Source: Squalus acanthias
Taxonomy: Eukaryota
Length of the DNA: 64,000 nucleotides
NCBI GenBank assembly: GCA_030390025.1
Contig: CM059432.1
Location: 19,532,001 to 19,596,000 of the forward strand
Reading direction: 5' to 3'
Position 1 is the first letter of the stretch. Each line of letters starts with the position of its first letter. Shown here one piece after another: positions 1 to 14,067 of this stretch. The notes under the pieces were generated by a model. That model was not told the origin of the DNA, did not search any database, and saw only the letters and a program-made list of their open reading frames with translations. The translations under genes and the position numbers were made by a program.

Positions 1-149
1 CCATCGCTGTTGTAGTTCTAAATGGAAAAGCAGAGTATAAACCTCAACTAACAAAATAAGTTAGAATATTAAAGAATAAGGTAGCATACACAACAATTAC
101 TAGAGGCACTTAGTCAAATAGTTGCAGAAATCAAACAAATAAGATACAA

Positions 150-1499
150 GGCTCGATTTTAAACTCGGGTTCAAATTGGGCGGACGGGCAGGATGGAGTG
201 GAAGTCCCCATGATGTTGTCATTGTGAGTTTCACTCCCAGGCCTTATTACCATTTCAATGCTGGCCTGTCCTCCCGATCACGTAGAGAATCGTGGCAGCC
301 CGCCCACCTGCCGCGCACAACTTTCGCTGCGACTCCCGAGGCCTATTTAAAGCGAGGGTGCACCTCTTGAGGCGTGGTTGCATTCCCTATGTTGATTTTT
401 GCTGGAAGAGCACTGGAAAAGATTGCGAGACCTTGCTGCATGAAAATTGGCTGCTACGTTTCCAAGTTATAACAGTGACTGCACTTCAAAAAGTACCTAA
501 TTGGATGTAAAGTGCTTTGGGAAGTCCTGAGGTTGTGAAAGGTGCTATATAAATACAAGTTCCTTCGTCTAACCTAAGCAGAGTAAGACGCCCTGGTGAT
601 CAGTGACCCAAGCAGAGCCATCAGCATCAGGGAAGATAAGGCTTACCAGAGCAGGGTGTGTGCATATTACTTGTAATCCTTCATTCATCTCAGAAAATGA
701 AGTTCAAGTTGTATTCTCAAGACAATCACCTGCAAACATCCAGTTTCCAGCTGCTATCCTAACTCTTGTCCCTTTTCTCTTTCAAGAAGAACTTCGGTGG
801 TGGGCAATCCTCCTGCGGATACACTGTCACGTGCTGCATTCCTCCCAGACACCAGATCAGATACTGACACTCCGCGCTGGTTAGATAGTGAGCCAGAGGA
901 GCCTGCATGTATTGAAACACCCAGCACCATTGAGCAGCTGCAGGTACTGGTGGCGGAGATACCACAGGAGACGGCTTGCTGGAGGGTAAGGTCCTCTTCC
1001 AGCACTGCTAAGGCAGACAGAGATGAGGGCTTCAGGGACACAGCCATGAAAAGCAAACTTCTGGCATCACACAAGGAGCTTCATGAGGCAGTGGAAGGTC
1101 TGCCAAGGAGTTTCACCACTATGGCTGAAAGTGTGGAGGAGTCCGATTCCAGCTCGAGTGGTGTCATCTTGCATGGCATTAGCACTCTGCAGTTTACTTT
1201 GGAGAGTGTGGTCACCTCAAGGGATGCTGCGGCTGGGCCCTCACAACAGGAGTCCATGTTCATACGCTTGGCAGCTTTGGTGGAAGCTCTAACAGCTGCC
1301 ATGCAAATTCTGGCCTCCACACTTCAGGGACATCGGAGCATGACTTTTACATTTCAATGGGGCCCTTGCCTGCCTGTGGTGGCCACCTCTCCCATGACCA
1401 AAGACAGCACAGGTGGGAACGTGCAGGAAGCGTAGCAGGAAGTGCCGGACCGCCATTTTAACCTACCTCATTCCCGCCGGGCAAGGTTAAAATCAGCCC
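150..1499 (+). mobile_element. Non-autonomous PIF/Harbinger element with Myb-gene C-terminal remnant
   Basis: Termini GGCTCGATTTTAA ... TTAAAATCAGCCC resemble other Harbinger TIRs in the window. ORF 797-1435 (RVRSSSSTAKAD...KSKLLASHKELHEAVEGLPRSFTTMAESVEES) resembles exon 3 of the Myb genes at 23.4-24.5 kb and 54.5-55.5 kb. No clear TSD. Confidence 0.6.
434..566 (+). mobile_element. Deu-domain SINE 3' fragment
   Basis: Matches the 3' part (AATTGGCTGC...ACTTCAAAAAGTAC...GAAAGGTGCTATATAAAT) of the full copy at 58335-58800. Confidence 0.75.
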
Positions 1500-1944
1500 T
1501 TTGGAACCTGAATGAGGGTTGAGTATTATTTGCAAGTGGTCAAAGCACTTAAATTATGATAGTAACAGAACCTCTGAACAGGATCAAATTACTGAAATAA
1601 AATCCATGGACTTTTGATAAAGATGGAGCCTTAACATTTCAGTGAAGTGTCTTTGGTGTCACATAGACGCTAAAGTGATGGATTGTGAACTTATTTTGGA
1701 TAGAGGATACTTAGGCATTTGGGCCCATGTCTAACAGATAAAGTCACATTACCTTTCAGTTTGTTACGATAGGACTTTAGTAAAATCTGCAACCACAGAT
1801 TAAGGAGAGACTTATTTTCCATTTCAATGAAAAGTAATGTAGAGAACTTTTGATTAAATGCATATTATCACTACACCTTCATCATTAGAAAGCGGAGAGG
1901 CACTAAAACCTTCACCACTAAATACAAATGAGGATATTTTTTTT

Positions 1945-3920
1945 TAATTATTCGCTTATGGGATCTGGGCGTCGCTGGCAAGGCCAGCATTTATTGCCCA
2001 TCCCTAGTTGACCTTGAGAAGGTGGTGGTGAGCCGCCTTCTTAAACCGCTGCAGTCTGTGTGGTGAAGGTACTCCCACAGTGCTGTTAGGTAGGGAGTTC
2101 CAGGATTTTGACCCAGTGACGATGAAGGGTCGGCGATATACTTCTAAGTCAGGATGGTGTGTGACTTGGAGGGGAACTTGGAGGTGATGGTGTTCCCATG
2201 CGCCTGCTGCCCTTGTCCTTCTAGGTGGAAGAGGTCACGGGTTTGGGAGGTACTGCCGAAGAAGCCTTGGCGAGTTGCTGCAGTGCATCTTGTAGATGGT
2301 ACACACTGCAGCCACGATACGCCGGTGGTGGAGGGAGTGAATGTTTAAGGTGGTGGATGGGGTGCCAATCAAACGGGCTGCTTTGTCCTGGATGGTGTCG
2401 TGCTTCTTGAGTGTTGTTGGAGCTGCACTCATCCAGGCAACTGGAGAGTATTCATCACACTCCTGACTTGTGCCTTGTAGATGGTGGAAAGGCTTTGGGG
2501 AATCAGGAGGTGAGACACTCGCCACAGAATACCAAGCCTCTGACCTGCTCTTGTTGCCAAAGTATTTATGTGGCTGGTCCAGTTAAGTTTCTGGTCAATG
2601 GTGACTCCCAGGATGTTGATAGTGGGGGATTCGGCAATGGTAATGCCATTGAATGTCAAGAGGAGGTGGTTAGACTCTCGCTTGTTGGAGATAGTCATTG
2701 CCTGGCACTTCTGTGGTGCGAACGTTACCTGCCACTTATCAGCCAAAGCCTGAATGTCATCCAGGTCTTGCTGCATGCGGGCATGGACTGCTTCATTATC
2801 TGAGGAGTTGTGAATGGTGCTGAACACTGTGCAGTCATCAGCAAACATCCCCATTTCTGACCTTATGATGGTGGGAAGGTCATTGATGAAGCAGCTGAAG
2901 ATGGTTGGGCCTAGGACACTGCCCCGAGGAACTCCTGCAGCGATGTCCTGGGGCTATGATGATTGACCTTCAACCACGACAACCATCTTCCTTTGTGCTA
3001 GGTATGACTCCAGCCAGTGGAGCGTTTTCCCCCCCGCGATTCCCATTGACTTCAATTTTACTATGGCTCCTTGATGCCACACTCAGTCAAATGCTGCCTT
3101 GATGTCAAGGGCAGTCACTTTCACCTCACCTCTGGAATTCAGCTCTTTTGTCCATAGAGTCATAGAGTTATACAGCACAGAAAGAGGCCCTTCGGCCCAT
3201 CATGTCCGCGCCGGCCATCAAGCCCTGTCTATTCTAATCCCATTTTCCAGCACTTGGTCCGTAGCCTTGTATGCTATGGCGTTTCAAGTGTTCATCTAAA
3301 TGCTTCTTGAATGTTGTGAGGGTTCCTGCCTCTACCACCCTTTCAGGCAGTGAGTTCCAGATTCCAACCACCCTCTGGGTGAAAAAGTTTTTCCTCAAAT
3401 CCCCTCCAAACCTCCTTCCCCTTAGCTTGAAACTATGCCCCCTGGTTATTGACCCCTCTACTAAGGGGAAAAGTTCCTTTCTATCTACCCTATCTATGCC
3501 CCTCATAATTTTGTACCCCTCAATCAGGACCCCCCTCAGCCTTCTCTGCTCTAAGGAAAACAACCCCAGCCTGTCCATGTTTGGACCAAGGCTGTAATGA
3601 GGTCGGGAGCCAAGTGGTCTTCGCGGAACCCAAACTGGGCATCAGTGAGCAGGTTATTGGGGAGTAAGTGCCGCTGGATAGCACTGTCGATGACACCTTC
3701 CATCACTTTGCTGATGATTGCGAGTAAACTGATGGGGCGGTAATTGGCCAGATTGGATTTGTCCTGCTTTTTGTGGACAGGACATACCTGGGCAGTTTTC
3801 CACATTGTCAGATAGATGCCAGTGTTGTAGCTGTACTGGAACAGCTTGGCTAGAGGCACGGCTAGTTCTGGAGGAGCACAAGTCTTCAGCATGATAGCCG
3901 GGATGTTGTCGGGGCCCATA
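1945..3920 (-). mobile_element. 5'-truncated non-LTR retrotransposon (CR1/L2-group RT), split by a CR1 insert
   Basis: Minus ORFs with RT motifs: GPDNIP..LK, NYRPISLL, QFGFR, FADD, W..TFAPQKC, YKAQVRSVM, IQDKAARLIG. The 3' end matches 37125-37885. Confidence 0.85.
3156..3571 (-). mobile_element. CR1 LINE 3' fragment
   Basis: ORF LGLFSLEQRRLRG..I..YKI..G..TRGH..KL...NFFTQRVV..WNSLP. Flanked by TGTCCAT at 3149-3155 and 3572-3578. Confidence 0.9.
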
Positions 3921-4599
3921 GATACTTGCTGCATTTAGTAACACAACAAACCAGCCAAAATAGCAGGTTGCTGTCTATGGCAGAGCTTCTAGTAGCCAAG
4001 ATACAAGGGGAAATAAGACTTATTGCAACATGAATTTTGGAACTAGGGGTTAATTGGAAAACAGAAGTTACATTCCACAAAGAGACAAACACAGAGGCCA
4101 GAGGTTTCAAAGTCCCTGCAAGGGATATCAGAACCAATAAGGGCAATTGGACAACAATAACCAAGATTTATGGAGAGAAATGGAAGAAAGAATAAAATTA
4201 GAAGGATTGCAGCACAATCCAAGTGCGTGAAAATATGAGTAGAAGAGGAGTCACATTGTGGAACAGTAAATTCTTCAGGAGCAAAACTGGAACACTAGTG
4301 CACGACTAGGTCTGCACAGCCTAGCCCAAATGGATAATCTGTTGAGCTAGCAGTTCTGTATATGAAAGATTTTAATTCTATAAGGTGATGGAAAAAGCTT
4401 AACTTAATTACATCAGTGGAATTATAAATAGTGATTTGCAAGGGGCAGGGAAATGCAACTAGAGTTAATAGCTGCAGTTGAAACACTAGCATCGGAACAG
4501 GCACAATAGTCTAAACGGCCTCCCTCTCTGCTGTAATTTGTGTGAATCAACAGAGATATAATTGAAGCAATGAAAAATTTAGTTCAAGTGAGAAAAGGC

Positions 4600-4826
4600 A
4601 CCCAAATTGACAGACATTTGAACTACAAGGGAGTCAAGGGGTATGGGGAGAGAGCGGGAAAGTGGTGTTGAGGCCAAGATTGGATCAGCCATGATCTTAT
4701 TGAATGGCGGAGCAGGCTCGAGGGGCCGATTGGCCTACTCCTGCTCCTGCTCCTGTTTCTTATGTTCTTATCATAGAATGATACAGCACAGAAGGAGGCC
4801 ATTCAGCCCGTCGTGCCTGTGCCGGC
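4600..4826. mobile_element. Two CR1 3'-tail fragments in opposite orientation
   Basis: GGCCTACTCCTGCTCCT...TTCTTATGTTCTTAT tail on +, followed by CATAGAAT..ACAGCACAGAAGGAGGCCATTCAGCCC on -. Confidence 0.75.
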
Positions 4827-5269
4827 TGTAGTCTGCAAATCCAACTATAGTCTGCAAATTACTGTTGGCGAAATCAGCAGAGAATGCTTAATATGCTTGT
4901 ATGACATTCCTCGGTTTGTTATTTTAATGCAAATGTGAACCCTCTTAAATGGGCTAATGCTTCTTAAAATAGTGGTCATGATGCGGAGATGCCGGCGTTG
5001 GACTGGGGTGGACAAAAATGAGAAGTCGCACAACACCAGGTTATAGTCCAACAGATTTATTTTAAATTACAAGCTTTCGGAGCTATCCTGCCCCTTCTTC
5101 AGGTAAAGTTACACTGAGTGAATCTACAAAAGTTCATAGAATATAAACACAGATACTACAGAGATACAATCTTTCCTTACATCAAAGACACACCAAGAGC
5201 ACAGCCAAGACAATGAGATGTGTCCCAGGGGGTCCAACGTGTCAATTCCTGCTGACTGCAGCAGCTCTC

Positions 5270-6141
5270 TCTCCAGCTTCCACCCTAACCACGTTAAAGA
5301 AGCCATCCCCTATGGACAAACCCTGCGAATACACAGGATCTGCTCAGACGAGGAGGAACGCGATGGACACCTACGGACACTGAAAGACGCCCTCGTAAGA
5401 ACGGGATATGACGCTCGACTCGTCGATCGACAGTTCCGACGGGCCACAGCAAAAAACCGCATAGACCTCCTCAGAAGGCGAACATGGGACACAACCAACA
5501 GAGTACCCTACGTCGTCCAGTACTTCCCCGGAGCGGAGAAACTACGCCATGTTCTTCGCAGCATTCAACATGTCATCGATGATGACGAACACCTTGCTAA
5601 GGCCATCCCCACGCCTCCACTACTCGCCTTCAAGCAGCCGCCTAACCTCAAAAGTACCATTGTCCGCAGCAAATTACCCAGCTGTCAGGAGAACAGCGAC
5701 CACGACACCACACAACCCTGCCACGGCAACCTCTGCAAGACATGCCAGATCATGGACACAGATACCATCATCACACGTGAGGACACTACCCACCAGGTAC
5801 ATGGTACATACTCATGTGACTCGGCCAACGTTGTCTACCTGATACGTTGCAGGAAAGGATGCCCCAGAGCATGGTAGATCGGCGAGACCATGCAGACACT
5901 GAGACAACGTATGAACGGACACCGCACAACAATAGCCAGGCAGGATAGTTGCCTCCCAGTCGGGGAACACTTCAGCAGTCAAGGGCATTCAGCCTCGGAT
6001 CTGCGGGTTAGCGTTCTCCAAGGCGGCCTTCGAGACACACGACAACGCAAAATCATCGAGCAGAAACTGATAGCCAAGTTCCGCACTCATGAGGACGGCC
6101 TCAATAGGGATATCGGGTTCATGTCACGCTACAGAATGTGA
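5270..6141 (+). pseudogene. Penelope RT thumb/linker + GIY-YIG endonuclease (5'-truncated, in-frame stop)
   Basis: SFHP.HVK.AIPYGQ.LRIHRICS, CHGNLCKTC, VVYLIRC..CPRAW*IGET (YIG tyrosine mutated to TAG at 5875-5877), LRQRMNGHR, HF...GH, GLNRD. Confidence 0.9.
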
Positions 6142-6397
6142 CTTGACATCGTTGTCTGTCTTTCCAGTTTTTTAAAAAACAAACACAAAAAACAAACCCC
6201 TAAAAAGACGGAGAGAGAGGAAGGGATATGGAGAGAGATCTGCTGCAGTCAGCAGGATTTGACACATTGGACCCCCTGGGACACATCTCATTGTCTTGGC
6301 TGTGCTCTTGGTGTGTCTTTGATGTAAGGAAAGATTGTATCTCTGTAGTATCTGTGTTTATATTCTATGAACTTTTGTAGATTCACTCAGTGTAACT

Positions 6398-6437
6398 TTA
6401 CCTGAAGAAGGGGCAGGATAGCTCCGAAAGCTTGTAA
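6398..6437 (+). ncRNA. Minimal type I hammerhead ribozyme motif (PLE-associated)
   Basis: TTAC-CTGAAGA-A-GGGGC-AGGATA-GCTCC-GAAA-GC-TT-GTAA. An inverted copy lies at 5067-5106 on -. Confidence 0.75.
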
Positions 6438-7699
6438 TTTTAAATAAATCTGTTGGACTATAACCTGGTGTTGTGCGACTTCTCATTCTTAAAATAGGAC
6501 AGAGGAATGTTATACGAGCATGTTAGGCCTTCATGTGTTGATTAGTCAACGGTAATTTTTTAAGCTTCTTTTTTTAAACAGACAAGAACATTAACAAGGT
6601 CCATGGAGAGGTGACATTTAATAAATGTGCTTTGCAGAAAAGTGAATGCTGGATGAGAAAGAGCCCTATTGGTATTACCTGACTGTATCTGAGAGATTTA
6701 ACATGGAAGGTCTTACAAGACAAATCAAGGATTATTGTGAATCTCCTCGGACTTACAAAGCTTTACTTGATTCAAGGGTAGAGGTCACTCTGATGAGAAA
6801 AAATAACATTGGCAGAAGAAACTCCCAAGACAAAAATAGAAAAGGGAAATTCACAATAATTAAAAGAAGCACGATGCTATATCTGCTTCAGCACCTGGAA
6901 GGAGAGATCACTTTGAAAATGTGCAACAATGGAGTCTGATGACTGTGGAGAAATTGATATTTGTTGACATTAATAAAGTGATGATAAATCAGTATTAGTC
7001 CAATAGCCTATGGAACCATCAATCTAGTATGACACATCAGTGCAGTGTAGTACTAGAGGGAGTAGTGCATTGTCGGAGGTGCTGGGGTGATTTTTGTTTC
7101 AGGCGGGTATTGGATGGGCGGGACAATTGCACCACTGCCCAATGTTGCCGCTGGGAGGCCAAATCAATTTAGGAAATCAGGCTTCATTATAATAAAATTG
7201 GTGAGCTGCCAGTGCAAAGTGGGTGCTGACAAGCAGCTTGCCGACAGGGTGTGGGGGGCGGGGGGGGGGGGTGGGGGGCGGTGGCAAATTCGGTACATCG
7301 TCCACAAAGCTGAGCCGGCAGGGACACCTTAAGGTGGGGAGGGGGAAGACGCTGCGTAGTGAATGGCAGTGGTCAGGATGATTATTATTGGTCCAGGAGA
7401 AGCATTCATGTTCCTTCTGGACCCACAAAAATCGCTTAAAAGAACTTATCGTCAATGTTTTCCAAGTGGCCAACAGTGGTTCCTTTAAGAAAGAAAGACT
7501 TGCATTTCTATAGCACCTTTCACAACCACCGGAATTCTCAAAGCGCTTTAGAAACATAGAAACATAGAAAAATAGGAGCAGGAGTAGGCCCTTCAGCCCT
7601 TCGAGCCTGCGCCGCCATTCAATTTGATCATGGCTGATCCTCTATCTCAATACCATATTCCCGCGCTCCCCCCATACCCCCTGATGCCTTTTGTGTCTA

Positions 7700-10400
7700 G
7701 AAATTTATCTATCTCCTTCTTAAATATATTCAGTGACTTGGCCTCCATAGCTTTCTGTGGTAGAGAATTCCACAGGTTCACCACCCTCTGAGTGAAGAAA
7801 TTTCTCCTCATCTCAGTCCTAAATGTCCTACCCCGTATCCTGAGACTGTGACCCCTCGTTCTAGACCCCCAGCCAGGGGAAACATCCTCCCTGCATCCAG
7901 TCTGTCTAGCTCTGTCAAAATTTGATACGTTTCAATGAGATCCCCTTTCATTCTTCTAAACTCTAGTGGATACAGGCCTAGTCGACCCAATCTCTCCTCA
8001 TACGACAGTCCTGCCATCCCAGGAATCAGTCTGGTGAACCTTCGCTGCACTCCCTCTATGGCAAGTATATCCTTTCTTAGGTAAGGGGACCAAAACTGCA
8101 CACAGTACTCCAGGTGTGGTCTCACCAAGGCCCTGTACAACTGTAGTAAGACATCCTTGCTCCTGTACTCAAACCCTCTTGCAATGAAGGCCAACATACC
8201 ATTTGCCTTCCTAACTGCTTGCTGCACCTGCATGTTTGCTTTCAGTGACTGGTGTACAAGGACACCCAGGTCCCTTTGTACATCAGCATTTCCCAATCTA
8301 TCACCATTTAAACAATACTCTACCTTTCTGTTTTTCCTACCGAAGTGGATAACTTCACATTTATCCACGTTATGCTGGATCTGCCATGTATTTGTCAACT
8401 CACTCAACTTGTCTAAACCGCCTTAAAGCCACTTTGCATCCTCCTCACAACTCACAATCCCACCTAGTTTTGTGTCGTCAGCAAACTTGGAACTATTACA
8501 TTTGGTTCCCTCATCCAAATCATTGATATATATTGTGAATAGCTGGGGCCCAAGCACTGATCCCTGCGGTACCCCACTAGTCACCGCCTGCCACCCCGAA
8601 AAAGATCCATTTATTCCTACTCTCTGTTCCCTGTCTAAAAACCAATTTTCAATCCATGCCAGTATACTACCTCCAATCCCATGTGCTTTAATTTTGCACA
8701 CTAGCCTCTTATGTGGGACTTTATCAAAGGCCTTCTGAAAATCCAAATACACCACATCCACTGGTTCTCCCTTATCTATTCTACCAGTTACATCCTCAAA
8801 AAACTCCAGTAGGTTTGTCAAACACGATTTCCCTTTCATAAATCCATGTTGACTTTGTCTAATCCCATTGATATTTTCTAAGTGTCCTGTTATCACAGCC
8901 TTTATAATAGACTCTAGCATTTTCCCTACTACTGATGTTAGGCTAACCGGTCTGTAGTTCCTGGTTTTCTCTCTCCCTCCTTTTTTAAATAGTGGGGTTA
9001 CATTTGCCACCCTCCAATCTGCCGGAACGGTTCCATAATCTATAGAATTTTGGAAGATGACAACCAATGCATCCACTATTTCCATGGCTACCCCTTTTAG
9101 TACTCTGGGATGCAGGCCCTGGGGATTTATTAGCTTTCAGTCCCATTAATTGCTCCAGCAATATTTTTTTACTAATACTAATTTCCTTTAATTCCTCCTT
9201 CTCACTAGACCCTTGGTTCCCTCGCATTTCTGGGAAGTTATTTGTGTCCTCTTCAAAAGAACCAAAGTATTTGTTTAATTGCTCCACCATTTCCTTGTTC
9301 CCCATTATAAATTCTCCCATTTCTGACTGTAAGGGACCTACATTTGTCTTCACTAATCTTTTTCTTTTTACATACTCGTAGAAGCTTTTACAGTCCACTT
9401 TTATGTTCCTTGCAAGTTTACTTTCATACTCTATTTTTCCCCTCTTAATCAATCTCTAGGTCCTTTTTTGCTGAACTCTAAACTGCTCCCAATCCTCAGG
9501 CTTGCTACTTTTTCTGGCAACTTTATATGACTCCTCTTTGGATCTAATACTATCTTTAATTTCTTTTGTTAGCCATGGTTGGGCCACTTTTCCTTTTGTG
9601 TTTTTGCGCCAGAAAGGAATGTATAACTTTTGCAATTCATGCATTCGTTCCTTAAATGTTAACCATTACCTATCCACCGTCATGCCTTTTAATGAAGCTC
9701 CCCAATCTATCATAGCCAACTCAGTCCTCATATCATCGTAGTTTCTTTTGTTTAGATTTAGGACCCTAGTTTCGGATTGGACTTCTTTACTTTCCATCTT
9801 AATGAAGAATTCACCCCTTCTCATTGCACAATACCCAATCTAGGATAGCCTGTTCCCTAGTTGGCTCCTCAACGTACTGGTCTAAAAAACCATCTCGTAC
9901 ACACTCCAGGAATTCATCCTCCACAGTATTATTGCTAATTTGGTTTGGCCAGTCTATATGTAGATTAAAGTGTCCCATGATTACTGTAGTACCCTTGTTA
10001 CATGCATCTCTAATTTCCTGTTTGATGCCATCCCTTACATTACCACTACTGTTTGGAGGCCTATAGACAACTCCCACCAATTTCAGCCCCTTGGTGCTTC
10101 TTAGCTCCACCCAGACTGATTCTACATCTTGATTTTCTGAGCCAATATCCTTTCTCACTATTGCTCTGATTTCATCTTTTACTAACAACGCCACCCCACC
10201 TCCTTTTCATTTTTGCCTGTCCTTCCTAAATATCGAATATCCTTGGATATTCAGCTCCCAGTCTTAGTCACCCAGTAGCCATGACTCCGTAATTGCAATT
10301 ATATCGTATCCGTTTACATCTATTTGCACTGTTAATTTGTCTACCTTATTATGAATGCTTCATGCATTCAGATACAGTGCCTTTAGATTTGTCTTTTTTA
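7700..10400 (-). pseudogene. CR1 ORF2: AP endonuclease + reverse transcriptase (frameshifted)
   Basis: [71 protein letters not shown], spread over several broken ORFs. Confidence 0.9.
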
Positions 10401-10741
10401 GACATCTTAACATTTTTTTGTACTATGGCCCTATTTGTCTTATTACATTTTTTCATACCCGGACCCTATTTGTTAGTGCACTCTTCTTTGTACGCTCTGT
10501 CCCTTCCTGATACAATCTGGTTATCCTTACCCCAATCGATTTCCTGCACTGCTTCCTTGTCTTTTCTCTTGAGCATTCTAGATTTCTTTCCACCAGGACC
10601 CTCCCCCCCCCCGCCCTTATTCAGTTTAAAGCCCTATCTACCTCCCTCATTAATCGATTCGCTAGAACTCTGGTCCCTGCATGGTTCAGGTGTAGTCCGT
10701 CCCAACAGAACAGCTCTCTCTTTCCCCAGTACTGGTGCCAG

Positions 10742-13071
10742 TGAAGGGATAATTACAAGTCCTAGCCCAGATCAGGCGTATTCCCCAGACATTCACCTTC
10801 AACTAATGTTAGCGGTAGCCGAATCCTAGAGACGCTTACTTGGGTCTAAAGGTTAAGACTATCTCTCCCTAAAGGAAAGGAATGGCCTGAAGATGTTACC
10901 GTCCTCCGGATAGCACTTTTAACAAGTTTAACTAGACTGTAACCTTCCGGATATTATGAGGGTCCGGAAAAACCCCCAGAATTCTGCAACTCCTCACTGA
11001 AGAGTGTACAGAAATTGAGTTTGCGAGATTGATACAGAAATACTCTTTGAGACAATTTTAAAAATATATAGATTTATTAAAGAACCAACATCTAGTTAAC
11101 AGCTGGTATGGTAATCGCAACTTTAACCGTTCAAAATACAAATAGCTTACATTTCTTATCAGAGATCCTTATTCCCAAATCTTAACTTCGTTACATTTCC
11201 ACACTTCTACTTATTTCTTAATCCAGAATATCCACCAAAATCAAATACCTTGATTACCTGAGATTCAGAGTTGTAAGCCTACAGAGTGGTTCTGAAGGCA
11301 AGAATCGCTCTGCCCCTTCCCAGCGACTTCTGACTCTCTATCTGAAAAGCTCTATTTTTATACCTTTTTTTAGTGGTATTTTCTTTGAAGTTTCTGCTGA
11401 TATAAGCTAATTATCTCTAGTGATTCTTTATTGAATTCTTTTCTATTCTTACTGTCATTTCAGCTGCCAACTTTTAGAATTCTGTCTCTACCTTTAGGTG
11501 TTTCAAAAACTATCATAAAATGGTTATTACAGATTTATCTTTTGATGCTATTCTTAGGAAGTCTTTCTATTGAATTCTTAATATCACTTAACTGCTTGTA
11601 AGCCAGACGTCATGACTCCATGGTGTTCCAAGTTCAATACAAACACAATGTAATTGCTTGGTGTCTTCTATTGATATTATATTTTCAAAGTCTCTCTGTA
11701 GGTATCTTTTACAATATGTAAATCAAAACCACTTCTCTTAGGGTGTTTACTTGTTTTCTTGCTATCTCAATTGGTTGCATATTTAATCGTGTTTCCTGTC
11801 TTATTTGATGTTACTTTATGAAGGCATATGGTTGTTTAATGTTCTAAGTTTCTATTTCCCTGAGTGTTAGCTTATAACACTTTACTTGGGTCATTCCATT
11901 GTGTTTCTCCCAAACTCCAGACCTTCTGGAAGCGTGAATGGTTTGCTTCAATAGGGGCATTGTTTTTGTGTTTACAACCATCTCCCATTTCAAAGCTTGT
12001 GGTGTTTTACAACTTTTGTGTTAACACTTCATCTTATCTCAGAAGCCTGTATTGTGTTTGCAGCCTGTGCCGCCGAGGCTTTCCAGACTTTTAAACTCAG
12101 TGGGGTAAAAATTCAGTTGGTTGCGCCTCCCGTTAGCACCTTAAGAGGGCGCTAATGGGGCGCAAAGCCGCTAACGCCCGGGCGCAGCGATGTTTGCGCC
12201 GCTCGGGAACTTAACTAGACATTGTGCGGCGGCGCTAAACTTTACCGCTGCGACCACCTGCGCGCGCAGATTGTGACGTCATTCCATGGTGCAACGCCCT
12301 TGTGGCGCCCCGGAGCGGAAATTGAGTGGCGCCCCCTGCCTTACCGCCTGACGCTAGCAACGACAGGTTGAGGGGAGCGTTCTGCAGTCATGAAGGGAAA
12401 GGGGGAGCGCTATTTAAAGGTGACCGCTTCCTGCCTTTTATTGTTGGTGCCATTTTTGAACTACGCATTCTGAGAGAGAGAGGGAGAGACTTCTGGAGAG
12501 ATTCAACGTTGTGTGAAGGAGTTTTGGGTACTGAGCAGCACTTTGCAGGTTCATTTTGATTTGCCATTCCTTGTATCGATTTAGCAGAGACTGTGGGAGC
12601 TGCACTCTGAGCTCTTTGCCTGGTACTCTCCATTGTTCTTTCCAGCACATTTGATGTGCAAGTCTCTCCAGGCCGAGATTCAAGGCTGCAATGAACAGGA
12701 TGTGGATGGAAAGCAAGATTAACCATCCCCTTTAAGAACTGGCCCGTGCCATTGTGTGTGTGTTCCATTGCTGACTGAAATTACATGAGCTTCGCCAGCG
12801 CTCTGAGTTAGCGCCTCACTCCTTGGCCTTTGCGCCTTAAGACAGGTGTGCAGCGCCTGATTTAGCGCTCCACTCACCTCCCGGGGCGGTAAAAGTGAAG
12901 TTTCCAGTCAGTGGCGATAATTAGCGCCAGGCGCTAATATTTGCGTCCAGACGATATTTGCGCCCCAAATGGGGCGCGACCTAATTTTTCCCCCAGTATG
13001 TCTTGTATTAATAATATCAAAATCTGTTCATAGGATGATGTATTTCTTGGAATATGGCTTATTCCATTACA
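10742..13071 (-). mobile_element. Solo LTR (~1.43 kb excluding the MITE insert)
   Basis: TG...CA ends (TGTAATGGAATAAGCC...TTATCCCTTCA on -). TSD CCAG at 10738-10741 and 13072-13075. Homologous to 52475-53751. Confidence 0.85.
12102..12994. mobile_element. GC-rich Harbinger-type MITE
   Basis: TIR GGGGTAAAAATT / AATTTTTCCCCC. TSD AGT at 12099-12101 and 12995-12997. A second copy lies in inverted orientation from 63524. Confidence 0.85.
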
Positions 13072-13075
13072 CCAG

Positions 13076-13901
13076 TGCCCCACAAATCGAAACCCACTTC
13101 TCCCACACCAATCTTTGAGCCATGCATTCATCTCCCTGATTCTATTGACCCTATGCCAATTTGCTCGTGGCTCAGGTAATAACCCAGAGATTATTACCTT
13201 TGTGGTTCTGCTTTTTAATTTAGTCCCTAGCTGCTCAAACTCTCTCAGCAGAACCTCTTTCTTTGTCCTACCTATGTCATTGGTCCCTACGTGGAGCACG
13301 ACAACTGGATCCTCCCCCTCCCACTCCAAGTTCTTCTCCAGCCTGGAGGAGATGTCCTTTACCCTGGCAACACAGCCTTCGGGACTCACGCTCTTGGCTG
13401 CAGAGAACAGTGTCTATCCCCCTTACTATGCTGTCCCCTACCACTGCCACATTTCTTTTTTGCTCTCCCCTCTTGAATGGCTCCCTGTACCATGGTGCTG
13501 TGGTCAGTTTGCTCATCCTCACTGCAGTCCCTGCTCTCGCCCACACAGGGAGTAAGAACCTCGTACCTATTGGACAAGAGAAAGGGCTGAGGCTCCTCCA
13601 CCATTACCCCCTGGTTCCCCATGCCTGCCTCGCTTGTAGTCACACCCACCTGTCCCTGACCACGGACCAAATTTGAATTAATTAATCTAAGGGGTGTGAC
13701 TCCCTCCTGGAACACAGCTTCCAAGTAATTCTCCCCCTCCTTGATGTGTCGCAGTGTTTGAAGCTCGGACTCCAGCTCATCAACACGGAGCCAAAGTTCC
13801 TCGAGCAACCAACACTTACTGCAAATGTGGTTGCCTTGGACCTCAATGGTGTCCACCAGCTCCCACATGTTGCAGCAGTAACACATCACCTGCCCTGCCA
13901 T
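13076..13901 (-). pseudogene. CR1 ORF1: zinc-finger/leucine zipper + SGNH esterase-like domain
   Basis: MAGQVMCYCC...CSKC.LLEEL.LRVDELESEL, then VVGDSIVR, VVLHVGTND, SGLLP, MNAWL..WC...GF.F. Continues at ~10620-10741 beyond the LTR. Confidence 0.85.
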
Positions 13902-14067
13902 CTCTAATGTATTTAATTAATTAAGTGTTTAAGTTTTGAACATTTAGTTTTTAATCCCGGCTCTTAATTTAAACCAATGCCCAAGAAAACAGAAAAATAC
14001 CGACCAACTAATCACTTCCCTGCTTTCCTGTGATGTCACTCCTTGTTTTTTTGTTGTTCTTCAAATC

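Larger units (their letters stand above)
4973..6485 (+). mobile_element. Penelope-like element (GIY-YIG) with inverted pLTR arms
   Basis: TSD TTCTTAAAATAG at 4961-4972 and 6486-6497. Near-perfect ~248-bp inverted arms at ~5017-5264 and 6240-6487. Body encodes the PLE RT C-terminus and GIY-YIG endonuclease. Confidence 0.93.

Noticed and set aside
10293..10829. 178-aa hydrophobic plus-strand ORF
   Set aside because: Antisense to the CR1 ORF1/ORF2 junction and reads into the LTR, so it is a shadow ORF.
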